64,000 nucleotides of DNA from NCBI RefSeq assembly GCF_009914755.1, contig NC_060935.1; one strand, 5' to 3'. This stretch comes from the human T2T-CHM13v2.0 reference genome, Homo sapiens. Shown in pieces: positions 42,605 through 55,294 of this stretch; positions within the stretch are counted from its first letter, which is position 1; the number at the start of each line of letters is the position of its first letter. The notes under the pieces were generated by a model, which saw nothing but the letters and a program-made list of their open reading frames with translations, did not search any database and was not told where the DNA came from. Made by a program: the position numbers and the translations under genes.

Positions 42605-45600
42605 TCAGATCTGGAAATCCCTGGTTTGAAAGAAGAAAACAGAAGTGAAGGGTTAATATTATCTTACTATATTAATAGTCAAACTGATGGTCTTTTTTCA
42701 GTAATTAAAAATAAAGATATAAACAAACTACTAAAAAATATCCAATTTAAAGTAAATCAACAAAATGATCACAATAATATCTCTTATATTTGTATGGCAA
42801 TGTACAGAGGCTGTAGTACACTTTCACTTATATTAAATCATGCTAATTTCATGAAAACCTATGCATTATTTATTTATGGTGATTTTTGCTACTTCTCTTT
42901 TATAGACTAGGAAATTGATGTCCTCAGAGTTCAAGGTAACTGTTCTTATAATTAGTTTGACCAGATGACCAACATCTTATGGCAAGATTATTGTTATTGC
43001 TTTTCCTTTCAGTTTTGTAGAAAGGTTGTGATATCTCGTAATAGACAAGCATAGTTAAGTGATAGGTGCAGGTAATGAGTATATCCCATTATGTTTCTCT
43101 CATCATCCAAAAATGTGGAGGAGGCAGGGCAATGACGGGTTCTTACATATAACATTCCTTAACTTTCCCAATAACTCCCCAGGTCCTATCCAGCGTTAAT
43201 AACCAAACCTGCATCCTATTGTCACTGGGATGGAGACAGTCTGTAGTTCACAAACTGCTGGGGTAGGAAGGGTGATGGTTGCATGAAAAGTGAGTAGAAG
43301 AGTCACCATGATCAGTAAGCTAGGGTTGACAGACAGGAATATGCCAGGGCTAACTAACTATGCTCTCCTCTGAAAGCTGCTGTTGCTCAGAGGAGATTAT
43401 AAAGAACATTTTGAAACTAATTGCAGTCATGCTGCAGCACTGGTGGTAGAGAAAGAGACTATGATTTACTATATGGGTCCCTCTTCCCTGATCAAATAGA
43501 ATCCATATTATCCATTCACCAACAGATCAGACGTGCAAAAATATTCATATGTACACAGTCTCATAACCTCAGACAAATTCATTTCTGAGCTATGTTCCCC
43601 ATCCCAATTACCAGGAAGTGGTAACAAATTTTTGTTTGTTTGTTTTCTTTGACTCCTCTCTTCTATACCTCTGAAACCTGCTAGACTTCAGTTAAAAATA
43701 AATTGGCTGTCTTTGGAGGGCCGTTTTAATGACTGATCCCATTGTTACATTTCATCTAAGCAAATTATATCTTGTATAATATCATACATGTCTCCCTCTG
43801 TTCTGTGACATAAAAGAAAAGTAGACTTGGAGATAGATGAAAAACAGAAAAAGAATGACATCTGAAAAATGGTCTAGTGATCAACATGCAGGTCTCTAAT
43901 ATTTCAGTCTAAATTTATTTAAAAAGCTGCCTTTGTAGACACATCTTTAAAAATAATGATTTTCTTTACAATATAACATTTAAATATATGCATGTACAGA
44001 TTAGATATTGAAATGCTAATAATGTCTAAAAATCTCTACAGCCAGTGCTAGCATTTTATCCCATTCCTTGCCAGCTATGTATATATGTTTAAAATAATAA
44101 TTAGATTAAAGTTAGTAAAATAAATGTTCACATTGTTTTACAGTCTCCTTTAGTTTTATATGATACTTTTAGTGGAAAATAATAAAAGAACTAAAGAAAT
44201 ATACTAAGTAAACCAGAAAAATAGCAAAAGTTAGTACCTGATTCATAAGTGCTGATTTCTTTACTGGAGGCAATCCCCTCTGCACAAGGGTTCAGTATTG
44301 TCTCCTGACCTACCTGGATTATATAAGTAGCTCTGTGTATGACTCTTGTGTATTGGACACTTCCTCTCACAGGAATAAGTGACAAATATAAGAATATGTT
44401 TTAACAATTGGTCTTTTATATAGGTAAGGTAATGATTGAGAAAAAAAAATACCGACCATTTAAAGTATTCCTTTTGTTTCTATCTAGCTTATGCTCAATA
44501 TTATATTTAATTAGCAGTAGTAAAATGACTCTAGTCAACCAGTATTAATCATTTCCAGTTCACTAATCTCTACATAGGCATTTTCTTTTAATTGCACATT
44601 ATACAAAACAAATACCCCCCTCAAACACACTTAAATGTACAAACAACACTCCTACAATATGCTGGAAAATAAAGATATTAGTAAAAAAAGCAAAAGTAGG
44701 CATAATCATATTGCATAAGGATAAGCAGGTTCTGTTGTCTATGGTATTGGATTTCTGCTTTTTAAACAAAAATGATGTCAGAATAACATTTTTATATATA
44801 AAAAAATAATATTAGAGGAAAATGCATTCACTTCTATTTATGTACATTAATTTATTTGACCAATCCTCTATTAATGGCCATTTCATTTATATATAATTCT
44901 TCATGTCACAGAAAGTCTGATATGACTAAAATTACACATACATAATTTATCATATCCAAGTGTTTCATTAAAATAAGTTTTTAAAAATGGCCTGTAAAAA
45001 TAAAAGATTTGATCTTAATTAAAGGCAATTTTTGTCTTCTTGCCAAGTCAGGTGTTTTATAATTATCTAATTATCATCACATATTATGATATGTTTCATA
45101 TATTGTCACATATGTCCTGAGTTGTCTCATACAACCTCATTATATGATGTAGAACCTGAAGCCCAGAGTTGTTAAGTAAACTTAGTCTTATAGACATTGT
45201 TTGATTGTATCCATAGAAATTGCTCATAATATATCTTTTAATAAAATACAATAAAACAGATCTGTCTTAAAAGATAGTGTTCTTAAATACTCTTACAGAA
45301 TATTGTAATGTGTTTATGTTAAAGTGATGTTAGAAATTTCACAAAATTAACGGCCCATAAACTCTCAAAGATCACTCATGTCACTTCTCAAGCAGGGCAG
45401 GAGGATCCCAGAAGTGACTGAAGATAGAAGGAAGAAATAACGTTTGCTATACGGAGAGTAATTTATCTTGTTTATATCAACTAGGCACTTGGTCATTAAT
45501 ATTGGTGCCAATAGAAAGTGATGTGGCAGGTCATTGCATTGAAAAATTGCAGGAAACAAGTAGAAAATAAAGAAATCAGTGCCCCCTAAAGTCGTGCAGC

Positions 45601-46310
45601 CTGACAGCCTTTAGCATATATCCTTTGTATTGGCCATCTTCTGAGTGGTATTTTATAATGCATTAATCACTACAGTGTGCTTATAAGCTTAGGTTACTAT
45701 GTGATCTTTAAATGTCTAATGTTGATTGATATTTCAAGAAAATGCACAACAATTATGTACACTAGCTGTAGCTCTTGAGTTGTAATGTGATTAATTTAAT
45801 TACCACAAATTCTGTATATGCAAAATTTATTCAAACAGCAAAACAGTAAAATGAGGAAGACATGTACAAGTTTATACACTTCAATACTTCAGGTCGTTTC
45901 TGAAACCCCACCTGGAGTAAAGAGGAGTCATAGATTTGTTGTTGTTATTTTTATTTGTCTCTCTTGCTTCTTGTTATAGTGTTTCCTACTTGGTTTATAT
46001 AAAGCTGGAATACTTAGGTGAAATTCATTGAAATTAATGTATTTACAGTTTTTGGAAAAGTGATTTTTAGTGACGATTTTTATTTTTTTTATATTTCATT
46101 GTCATTTTTGTGAGACAATCCCAATAGTAAAATGCCAAATGTACTTTTGTAGGAGAGAATATTGAAGCAAAGCTCACACCAACTAAGTAATTGCTAATCG
46201 TCTTCCATGAGGTAAACTCAGTAAAGTAGTATTTTTGTTACCCAAGAGTTTCCTGTCACTGTGTGCTTCCCTGGCGCACATTTGGAGGATGTGGAGGTGT
46301 CTCTGGTCAC

Positions 46311-46689
46311 TGTGGGAGGTGCATGGCAACATATTCAACTTATGTGCATGGCATTTGAGGTTGGGGCATGGAAAAATACTGAGGCACTGTCTGTATGTAT
46401 TTTGTGCATGAGAATGAAACTCCTTGTGGAGTGTTTGGTGCAATAAGGAACGCTGAAAACAGCCTCCTGAGAATGCGGTTTGAGTGCTTTTACAAGGCCA
46501 CAGGTGTCTCACGAACAGACCTCAAAAAAACCATCTATTGGATGTTTGTGGGTTAACAAGCCCTTTCAATAAATACTTGGCAGATGGATGCTGGGGCGGA
46601 TTCTCTTAGAAGAGCTGTCCCTCGTCCCGCTAAGCTGGAATTGTCTGAGAACTCATTCTTGGCGTTCACTGAAAGCTATAAGCTCTGTA
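46311..46689 (+). mobile_element. Solo LTR (LTR18-like, ERVL class by recall)
   Basis: TG start, internal AATAAA (~46568), flanking direct repeat GGTCAC at 46305-46310 and 46690-46695; the paralogous module at ~61005 shows the empty site ggtcaccttcttc. Confidence 0.7.
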
Positions 46690-47499
46690 GGTCACCTTCT
46701 TCTAATTCCTTTCCAAGCTCACGTTTATTGCCCATGGGTGCTTTTCTCCAGAGATACCAAATTTCCTTAAGCTACACTCTGTTTAGGCAGGATTCAGATT
46801 TTAACTTCATAAACACAGCTGCCCCTCCAGACAACATAGTCTAATTCCCATTCCCCATTTACACTAGAGCATGAATATCAACATATTGTGGAAAATTGGA
46901 TAATTTAAATTATCTCCCAAAGGACTTGCAATTTATTAGAGAATGACTTTTTTAAAATCATGAGGGAAAAAGACTTAAGGTAAAATTTAAGATTTCGCAG
47001 ACAAACAATTGAGAAAACAAAAACAAAAACGTGTGTATCTAAATGATGTCACGGGTGCCGCTAAACACAATACTACATAGTCAACTGTCTACTTATAAGT
47101 TCTTCCTTCAGAAAATAGTTTCCTGGCCCTGAATCATGGGCCATTTTCAAATAAGGTCAGTGCATTAACTTATTTACTGGTACCAAGGAAAACCAGGATC
47201 ATTAATCTCCTTGTTGCTGAGAACAAGCAGTGACTGCGCTACCAGCATCTCTGTTTTATAAGCGAGATAGCACATTTTTAGTAACATAAAGAATAATGAT
47301 TTAATCAAATATTCTGTGAGAGTTGTGTGCTTTATTATTTTTACAAGCATAGCTTGAAAATATATTTTGTCCTAGAAACTGCTAGAGATTTAAAAAGTGA
47401 TTATGAAATCCTGCAGTTGTCCACAATCTGATTGTAAATACCCTTTGTTGTTTGAAAAATGTTTAAAGTATGCATACATTTTAAAGTATACATATATAC

Positions 47500-48200
47500 A
47501 CACATATATGTACACGTATATACATATTTAAAGTAAATATCAAGTGAATTTTCAGAAATGAAAAGATTTTTGTATCCAAAACCCAGAACAAAAATTAGAA
47601 CATAACCAGCAATTCAGAGACTGTCCCTGGACCCAAACATAAACTGACATCCAATATGATAGATTAGTTTTATTTCAAAAATCATTTAGAAATGATATCA
47701 TTGAATTTGTATTCTTGCATGCCTGGGTTATTTCACTCATTTTATGTGCAATTCCTCCATACTGTTGCGTGTAGTGGTAGTTTCTCCATTTTCATTGTTG
47801 TGTAACATCCTAATAAACAAATCAAATGTTATTCAACAAATTCCAAATAATGTTACTGTGATTATTTTTGTACAGTCTTTAGGTAGACATATTTACTCAA
47901 TTCTATTGAATATAAAACAAGGAACAAAATGTTGGAGTCATAAGATATGCATGTGTCCAGCCATAGCAGATAACTGCCAATTAGTTTTCCAAAGGTGAAT
48001 GCCAATCTGACTTTTACTACCCATGTGTACAAGGTATGATTTTTCCACATCCACACCAAAACTTGACATTAATATTGTCGATCATACTTATTTTGGTTGA
48101 TTTTTAGATGAGTCATAGTACTGCATTAAGATTTTAATTTTTATTTCCTGGAATACTAATAGTTATGTAACCAATTCTGTGATGTGTCTATGAAATTCTG
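47500..48200 (-). mobile_element. Old L1M fragment (homologous remnants at ~57170-57540, ~61790-62130 and ~63760-64000)
   Basis: tttcactcattttatgtgcaattcctccatactgttgcgtgtagtggtagtttctccattttcattgttg...ttttccaaaggtg...ttttccacatccacaccaaaacttg. Confidence 0.6.
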
Positions 48201-48357
48201 AATGCAGAATGGAAGGCCATTTAAAGGGGCTATGCTCCTTTAAAATATCTCGCCTTTCAAGACTCATACACTCTAGCTAACACCATTGTCATTGCAATTT
48301 CAGGTCAAGTCAGCCCGGAGACACAGGCAGTCCTTTTGTATAAACATGAAGCCACTC

Positions 48358-48682
48358 CACGCCTGTAATCCCAGCATTTTGGGAGGCCAAAGTGGGCAAA
48401 TCACCTGCGGTCAAGAGTTTGAGACCAGCCTGGCTAACATGGTGAAAGCCCATCTCTCTTAATAATACAAAAATTAGCCGGGTGTCATGGTGCATGGCTG
48501 TAATCCCAGCTACTCGGGAAGTTGAGGCAGGAGAATCACTTGAGCTCGAGAGGCAGAGGTTGCAGTGAGACAAGATCGCACGACTCCCCTCCAGCCTGGG
48601 AGACAGAGTGAGATTTCATCTTCATCTAAAAAAAAAAAAGAAAAAAAAAGAAAAAAAAGAAAAGAAAAAGAAAAAAAAAGAA
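48358..48682 (+). mobile_element. AluS
   Basis: cacgcctgtaatcccagcattttgggaggcc...gaggttgcagtgag...A-rich tail. Confidence 0.9.
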
Positions 48683-50324
48683 AGATGAAGACACTCATCA
48701 TTTTTGTATTTCTTTTAAAATACTGCATATCCAATAGTGGGAATAGGTTTACATGTCAGTAGACTCATAGATGTATAGAAAAAAAATGTGGCAACTGAAA
48801 AGTATCTTATAAATATACTAGCATGAGGCTTTTTATTATGGGGGATGATGAGACGGGACTCATTTCTAGAGAGGAAGAGTCTTGTTAAATACCACAGTAA
48901 TTTAAAGTTGCATCGAGTGCCTAGTTCATAACATGTTTCTAGAGAGAGATATTCAAGGAGGTTAAAAGTCACTGCCTCTGGTTTCAACACAGGACCTCCC
49001 ATATTCTGCCTCATTGAGCATTAGTACTGCTCTACTTTAACAAGTGTAGTTATACAACCTATCACCATTATGTATTTCTGTTCATTGCATTACATGTATA
49101 TCCAAATCTACCATCGTATGTCATTATTATGTTTAGGTATTTCAGTGCCAAGGCTAAAGGAAAGGATTCATGATATAGAAATGTTCCTACCTTGTTAACC
49201 CACTACACAAAATCATGGGTGATATCAAATTTGGACAATGCTATTTTTCATCAGTCATTGGTGACTGTGTGATAAGAGAGTGATTTAGAGAGACAGAGAG
49301 TGGAAGGAAATGGTGGGAATTGAGGTGGACAAGCTAGAACGGATCAAAGCCTTGTAATAAATGTTTTACCTATTTCTGTAGACTCCCAGGATGGAACTGT
49401 TAGATCAGGCTATCTGGCCCAAATCTTTATTCAAGTCATGAATATCCTAAGCAATATTCCCAATAAGCGATTTCTCAACCTTTAATTGTACAAATTCAGA
49501 GAAATAATGGTTACAATTAATTAATTCAGTTTCTTCCATTTTTAGACCTATGTTTATTGAGCGTAATACCTTGCCTTTGTTGGGGTTGAAATTTCCTTCT
49601 CTTTAGGCAACACTCATTATACATGATTAAAGTAGCCAAAAGGCAAATCAAATCAACCTTTTCATGACATAACTGTCATATGTTATATGGAAGGGAGATG
49701 ACATGTTTATATCTTAGCAGCAATTCACTAACATTCCAATCTGTCTGGACTTAATAATATTTCAAAGGGTGTTTTCTACCCTGCTGCTGCTCATAAAACA
49801 GATTAACAGAAGTGTATTAGTAAATTGAGAAAACATGTCACAAGTGGAAACCCTCCAAACCTGTTTTCCAAAATAAAGCATTCCCCGTAGTTTTTTTTTT
49901 TTTTTTTTGCATCAACATACTTATCTATAGCCTGTCACAGTGTCCCACAAATGAAACCTTGCAAAGCAGAGGTGTGTTTTGGGCTTTACTTACATTCTGC
50001 AATGTTTTCACAGAAGGACATTTTACAAGGACAGCAAAAAAACCTAAGACTTTCAATGTCTTTTAGATTACACAATCATAAGGGCTAATGAAAAGTGTCA
50101 TTGAGTTTTGTATGATTTTGCAAACATGTGGCCTCAGCCATGTTTTCTCAACAAGTTTCTCATAGGGTTTTAGCATTATACATTGGAGCAGAGCTGAATG
50201 AAAGTAGGTGAACATGAAGAAAGCACCCACATGAATGCCTGTAACTTCCTATGTAATTACTATGCATGTCTTTGTAGACTCATCACCTTGGTATCCATAA
50301 CCATTTCATTTACTTAGAGCTTAG

Positions 50325-50580
50325 TGATGAGAAAACATGGACACATAGAGGAGGCCTTTTGGAGACACACACTGGGGCCTTTTGGAGGGTGGAGGGTGGG
50401 AGACAGGAGAGGATTAGGAAAAAATAACTAATGGGTACTAAGCTTTTTACCTGGGTTTTGTATGATTTTGCAAATATATGGCCACATTCCTAGGTTAGGA
50501 AATAATCTGTACAACAAACCCCCATGACACAAGTTTACCAATGTAACAAACTTTCACTTGTACCCCTAAATTTAAAAGTT
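50325..50580 (+). mobile_element. Older L1PA/PB 3'UTR fragment carrying two small templated insertions
   Basis: gatgagaaaacatggacacatagagg...gggtggagggtgggag...aataactaatgggtacta...aataatctgtacaacaaacccccatgacacaagtttacc. Confidence 0.8.
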
Positions 50581-51367
50581 TTTTAAAAACCTATAAAATA
50601 TATATTCAAAGCACACATTATACCCTCACTTAACTAGACTTTGATATCTCACAAACATTCAAAAATGTTATACCGTGTGTTGGTTTTTATTATTTATCTA
50701 TTTTTCCATTTGGTGACCCAGAAACCATGCAGATGCTTTGGTTGGGATGACAGGCATAACACATGCAGTCTTTGAGCAAAGAATGCTTGCAGTCTCACAC
50801 TCGTGGTGTTTGTTCAATAAACAGACTGATAGATAGAATAGTACCTTTGAAAGAGTATTATATATGAACCACAAGAGGGACATTTAAATAGGGCTAGAAA
50901 TAGGAAGAAGGGAAGAGAAGCAGAGTGGAAATGAATAGAGAATATCAACTCAACTAGACTTTACTGCATGTACCACTTTATCCTTCAATTCTTACACGTT
51001 GGACTTCCTTTCCTCTAAAAAGGCATTGCCCTGTCCACCTCAGGATGTCTAATTTTCAGCCTCTCTATCTAGAATCCTTTCTTCTCTCCACCCACCCATT
51101 GGATCTCTATGAATTTTTAGATCTAAAACCAAATGTCCCCATTTCAAAGAATCTTTTCTTTTCTTCACTCTAGTTAGACATTTTGTTTATGCTTACAGTA
51201 CCCTGCCTTTTGACTTCATGGCCTTTTATAGTTTATTATGAATTATTGGTTAGTTTGATTAATTAAATGTTTCCACTATATTCTATGACTCACTAGTACA
51301 GAATATAGTGGATTCAGCATGAAATGCAAAGTACACAGCAATGTGAAAGGCATGTACTAAACACTCA

Positions 51368-51681
<314 letters not shown>

Positions 51682-51971
51682 AGAAAAATTACTCTGAAAT
51701 ATATATTAAACAAATAAAAATTTGCCCCACTAACTCAAAGACTGGAGCATTTTTCAAATATAGAGAAATTACCTTACCTAAATTGAAAACACATTAAAAA
51801 AATAGCATATTTAGACAATTCCAGAGAATTGCTAGATTGTGGCTGAGTAAAATATGTATTATATTAAATTAGGGTATTTGAGACAACTTTATGTTATAAT
51901 ATATAATTTGAAGAAAACACCAGTATGAATATGCATTTTTGTGTGTATAAACATGTATTTTTACTATTTCC

Positions 51972-52904
51972 TTAAAATAAAATTTTATTTTTCAGTTTTT
52001 TCAGGGCCTCTTTCACATCCTTGTTCCTCAGGCTATAAATCAGGGGGTTCAACATGGGAACCACAAGGGTGTAAAACAATGAGGTCATTTTATCTTGATC
52101 TAGAGAATAGGAAGAACTTGGCCGGAAATACATAAAGAGCAGAGTTCCCTGGAAAATTGCAACCGCAGATAAGTGGGAAGTGCATGTAGAGAGAGCTTTG
52201 AACCTCCCCTCAGCAGAGTGTATCTCCAAGACTGATAGGATGATATAACAATAAGAAATGAAAACTCCTGAAATGGTACTCAGTTCAATAAAACCAAAGA
52301 CGGTGAATAACACTAACTCATTGACCTGTGTATCTGAGCAAGAGAGTAATAAGAGAGGAGGGATATCACAGAAGAAATGATTAATCTCATTAGACCCACA
52401 GAAGCATAGGCGGAAGGCCAGTGTCATATGTATCAAAGCATCTGCTATTCCCACCAGATAAACCCCAGTCAAGAGTAGATAGCACACTCTGCTAGACATG
52501 TTGACTGTATAGAGCAGGGGGTTGATGATGGCCTTGTACCGATCAAAGGCCATCACTGACAGCAGTAGACACTCAGAATCTGCAAAGATACAGAAGACCA
52601 AGAATTGCAGAGCACAGCCATAGAAGGGTATTGACTTGTTCTTGGCAAGTAGATCTACCAGCATCTTGGGCCCAGTTGCAGTAGAATAGCAGAGATCACA
52701 GAAAGACAGACGACTGAGGAAGAAATACATTGGTGTGTGAAGTTGGTAATCCATTCTGATTAAAACTATCATTCCAAGATTTGCTGAGAAATTAATGATA
52801 TAAACAGCCAAGAATACAGCAAATAGGGTCACTTTCATCTCTGGGTTATTGGTAATTCCCAAGAGAAAAAAATCAGTTAATGAGGAGCAATTTTCCCAGT
52901 CCAT
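51972..52904 (-). CDS. OR5W2: Olfactory receptor 5W2, 310 aa, single coding exon
   Basis: ATG at 52904 (MDWENCSS, N-glycosylation site); [49 protein letters not shown]; uninterrupted ORF; upstream acceptor tttctgtag/cag at ~52927-52932. Confidence 0.95.
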
Positions 52905-54961
52905 TCTTCCTTGTTCTTGTTTCAAACTGCTACAGAAATCATTACGAGAATGACAGGCTAGAACTTGACTTTCCAAGATATCAAAAAAAAAATTATCTGT
53001 AAAGTAGAACAAGATTTGTTTATGTAAATTATCTTCTTTACCCTCAAAAAGTATCCCAGGTGAGTGTCACTTTCAAAGAGGCATTATTACTGTATTAAAA
53101 AAAAAAAACCCTAAAAGTGTCTGCCAAAGGAAGTTGATCAACTTTGAATCTAAACTTACATGCAATTTCTGACATATATCATTTGTCTTTGCTTCTATTG
53201 TACAATCTAAGGCAGTCAATTTGATTAAACTGAAAGCTCAGTACAGATCCAAAAGGATGTGAAAGAAACACCATAGTTAGAGTCACAAGGGCCAGAACAT
53301 ACCGGACTAAGCATCTCATATATTTGACAAAAAAGGATCATATTTATTGCATTATTCAAGAAATATATACATTTTTCTACCACTGACAGTGATATTACAT
53401 GTAAGTTAATAAGAGAAAATTATTATGGTACTGTTTTTGATGTGGTGTCGTTAGTGCTTACTGGAAAAGAAAAATGTTTTATTTAACTGTTACTCATCAT
53501 CACTGGTTTGTCACAGCATTTATAATCCATTTGGATGACTTATCTGGTTCTAAAAATCAAAAGCCAAATGTAAGTGGTAAAAGAAGTGTGAACAACAGAC
53601 TACTTATATTTGCTTATAATTGACTTTTTCATTAAAATCAGAATGTGAAGAACAATAAGTGTTTCTGAAATATATAGGCTTCTGTTGCTTGTGTTATATG
53701 TGCACTTACTCTTGTGTGTGTGTGTGTGCCTGTGTGTGTCTGTTATATGAAAATTGAAATGTGGGGTGGGTCTGATTGTTATTTCTTCTAGACTTAAATA
53801 TTATGGCATGTACCTTAAGAACTTGAATTTTCATAAATTAATATCTGTAATGTGTTACCTCTATTATTATTTGAGTAAATCTAGAACCTATCTTAAATTT
53901 ACATCTAAAATAATATCACAGGTACAGTGATTTTTTAAAGTAATGATTTACTTATGAAGGTTGATTAAAATATAAATGGGTGAAATCTATATTATCCTCT
54001 TACAAGTAAGGTCAGTCAAATTCACACAGATCCAATAAGAAAATATCATTGTTTGGCCATTAGATTCCAGAGGTGCTTCAACTGAGTAAGCATCTATAAA
54101 ATCATTCATTTGTAAATTCCTTAATACATGATTTCTTATTTTTCCAAAATTTTTCCTCTGTCCTTTAAATTGATCATTCAGAAACCTACCTGAGATGAGC
54201 AAGTCTTTCTGTCCTTACCTCTGGTATGTGAACAATAGGCAGATCACATTTTATTTTTACTGGTGACTGTTGGGACTTAAATCTCTCAAGCCTCTGCCTT
54301 CACTCCTTTATGTTATTCAAACATGATTAATTAGATTCCTAGTTCTGTATTTTCCCCAGTGAATGCTGCAACTAGTTTACCAAAGGCTCCATTTTTAATT
54401 TTTCAGCTTTATCACCAAATTGACCAATGTTAGAAATTTATCAGAATTCATTTAACAGTATGCTTCATGGTTATCATGAAATAAGACAGCCAATGAAACT
54501 TGAGTAGATTTTCGACTTAATGGTTTTCTTGTCCTTTTCATTGTTCATCCTGTTTCTTCCACTTCTGAAAATCTCCTTCATCTCCCATTTAGAAATATGA
54601 TAATCTAACATGCTGCTTTTTTTCATTAATCATTGTCTGAGTACTTTTTCCCCAACTACAGTGACAACTACCCTCATTTCAATTATTTTATGGATGTACA
54701 ACATCCGTCACATTGAACACACTTTTTCTTAATTTATATTTTATTTGTCTGTTGGCCTAGGTGTCTCTCTACATTCCCACAATCTCTAGCACAGAGATAT
54801 GTGTGAGTAATGTATGTTTTTAAATGTGATTGTGTGATGTTAAATATTTTCTGCTTATTAGGCTGGTAATGTTCAACCAAGAATAAACATAAACAAACTT
54901 TCAGGTCTGTTTCTCCTAATATAGTTGATATGTACAAAGATGATTATTTAAAAGAAAACGT

Positions 54962-55294
<333 letters not shown>

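Noticed and set aside
52905-53012. 36-aa N-terminal extension of the OR5W2 ORF
   Set aside because: It starts at a non-ATG codon and crosses a splice acceptor at ~52927-52932; MDWENCS is the typical OR start
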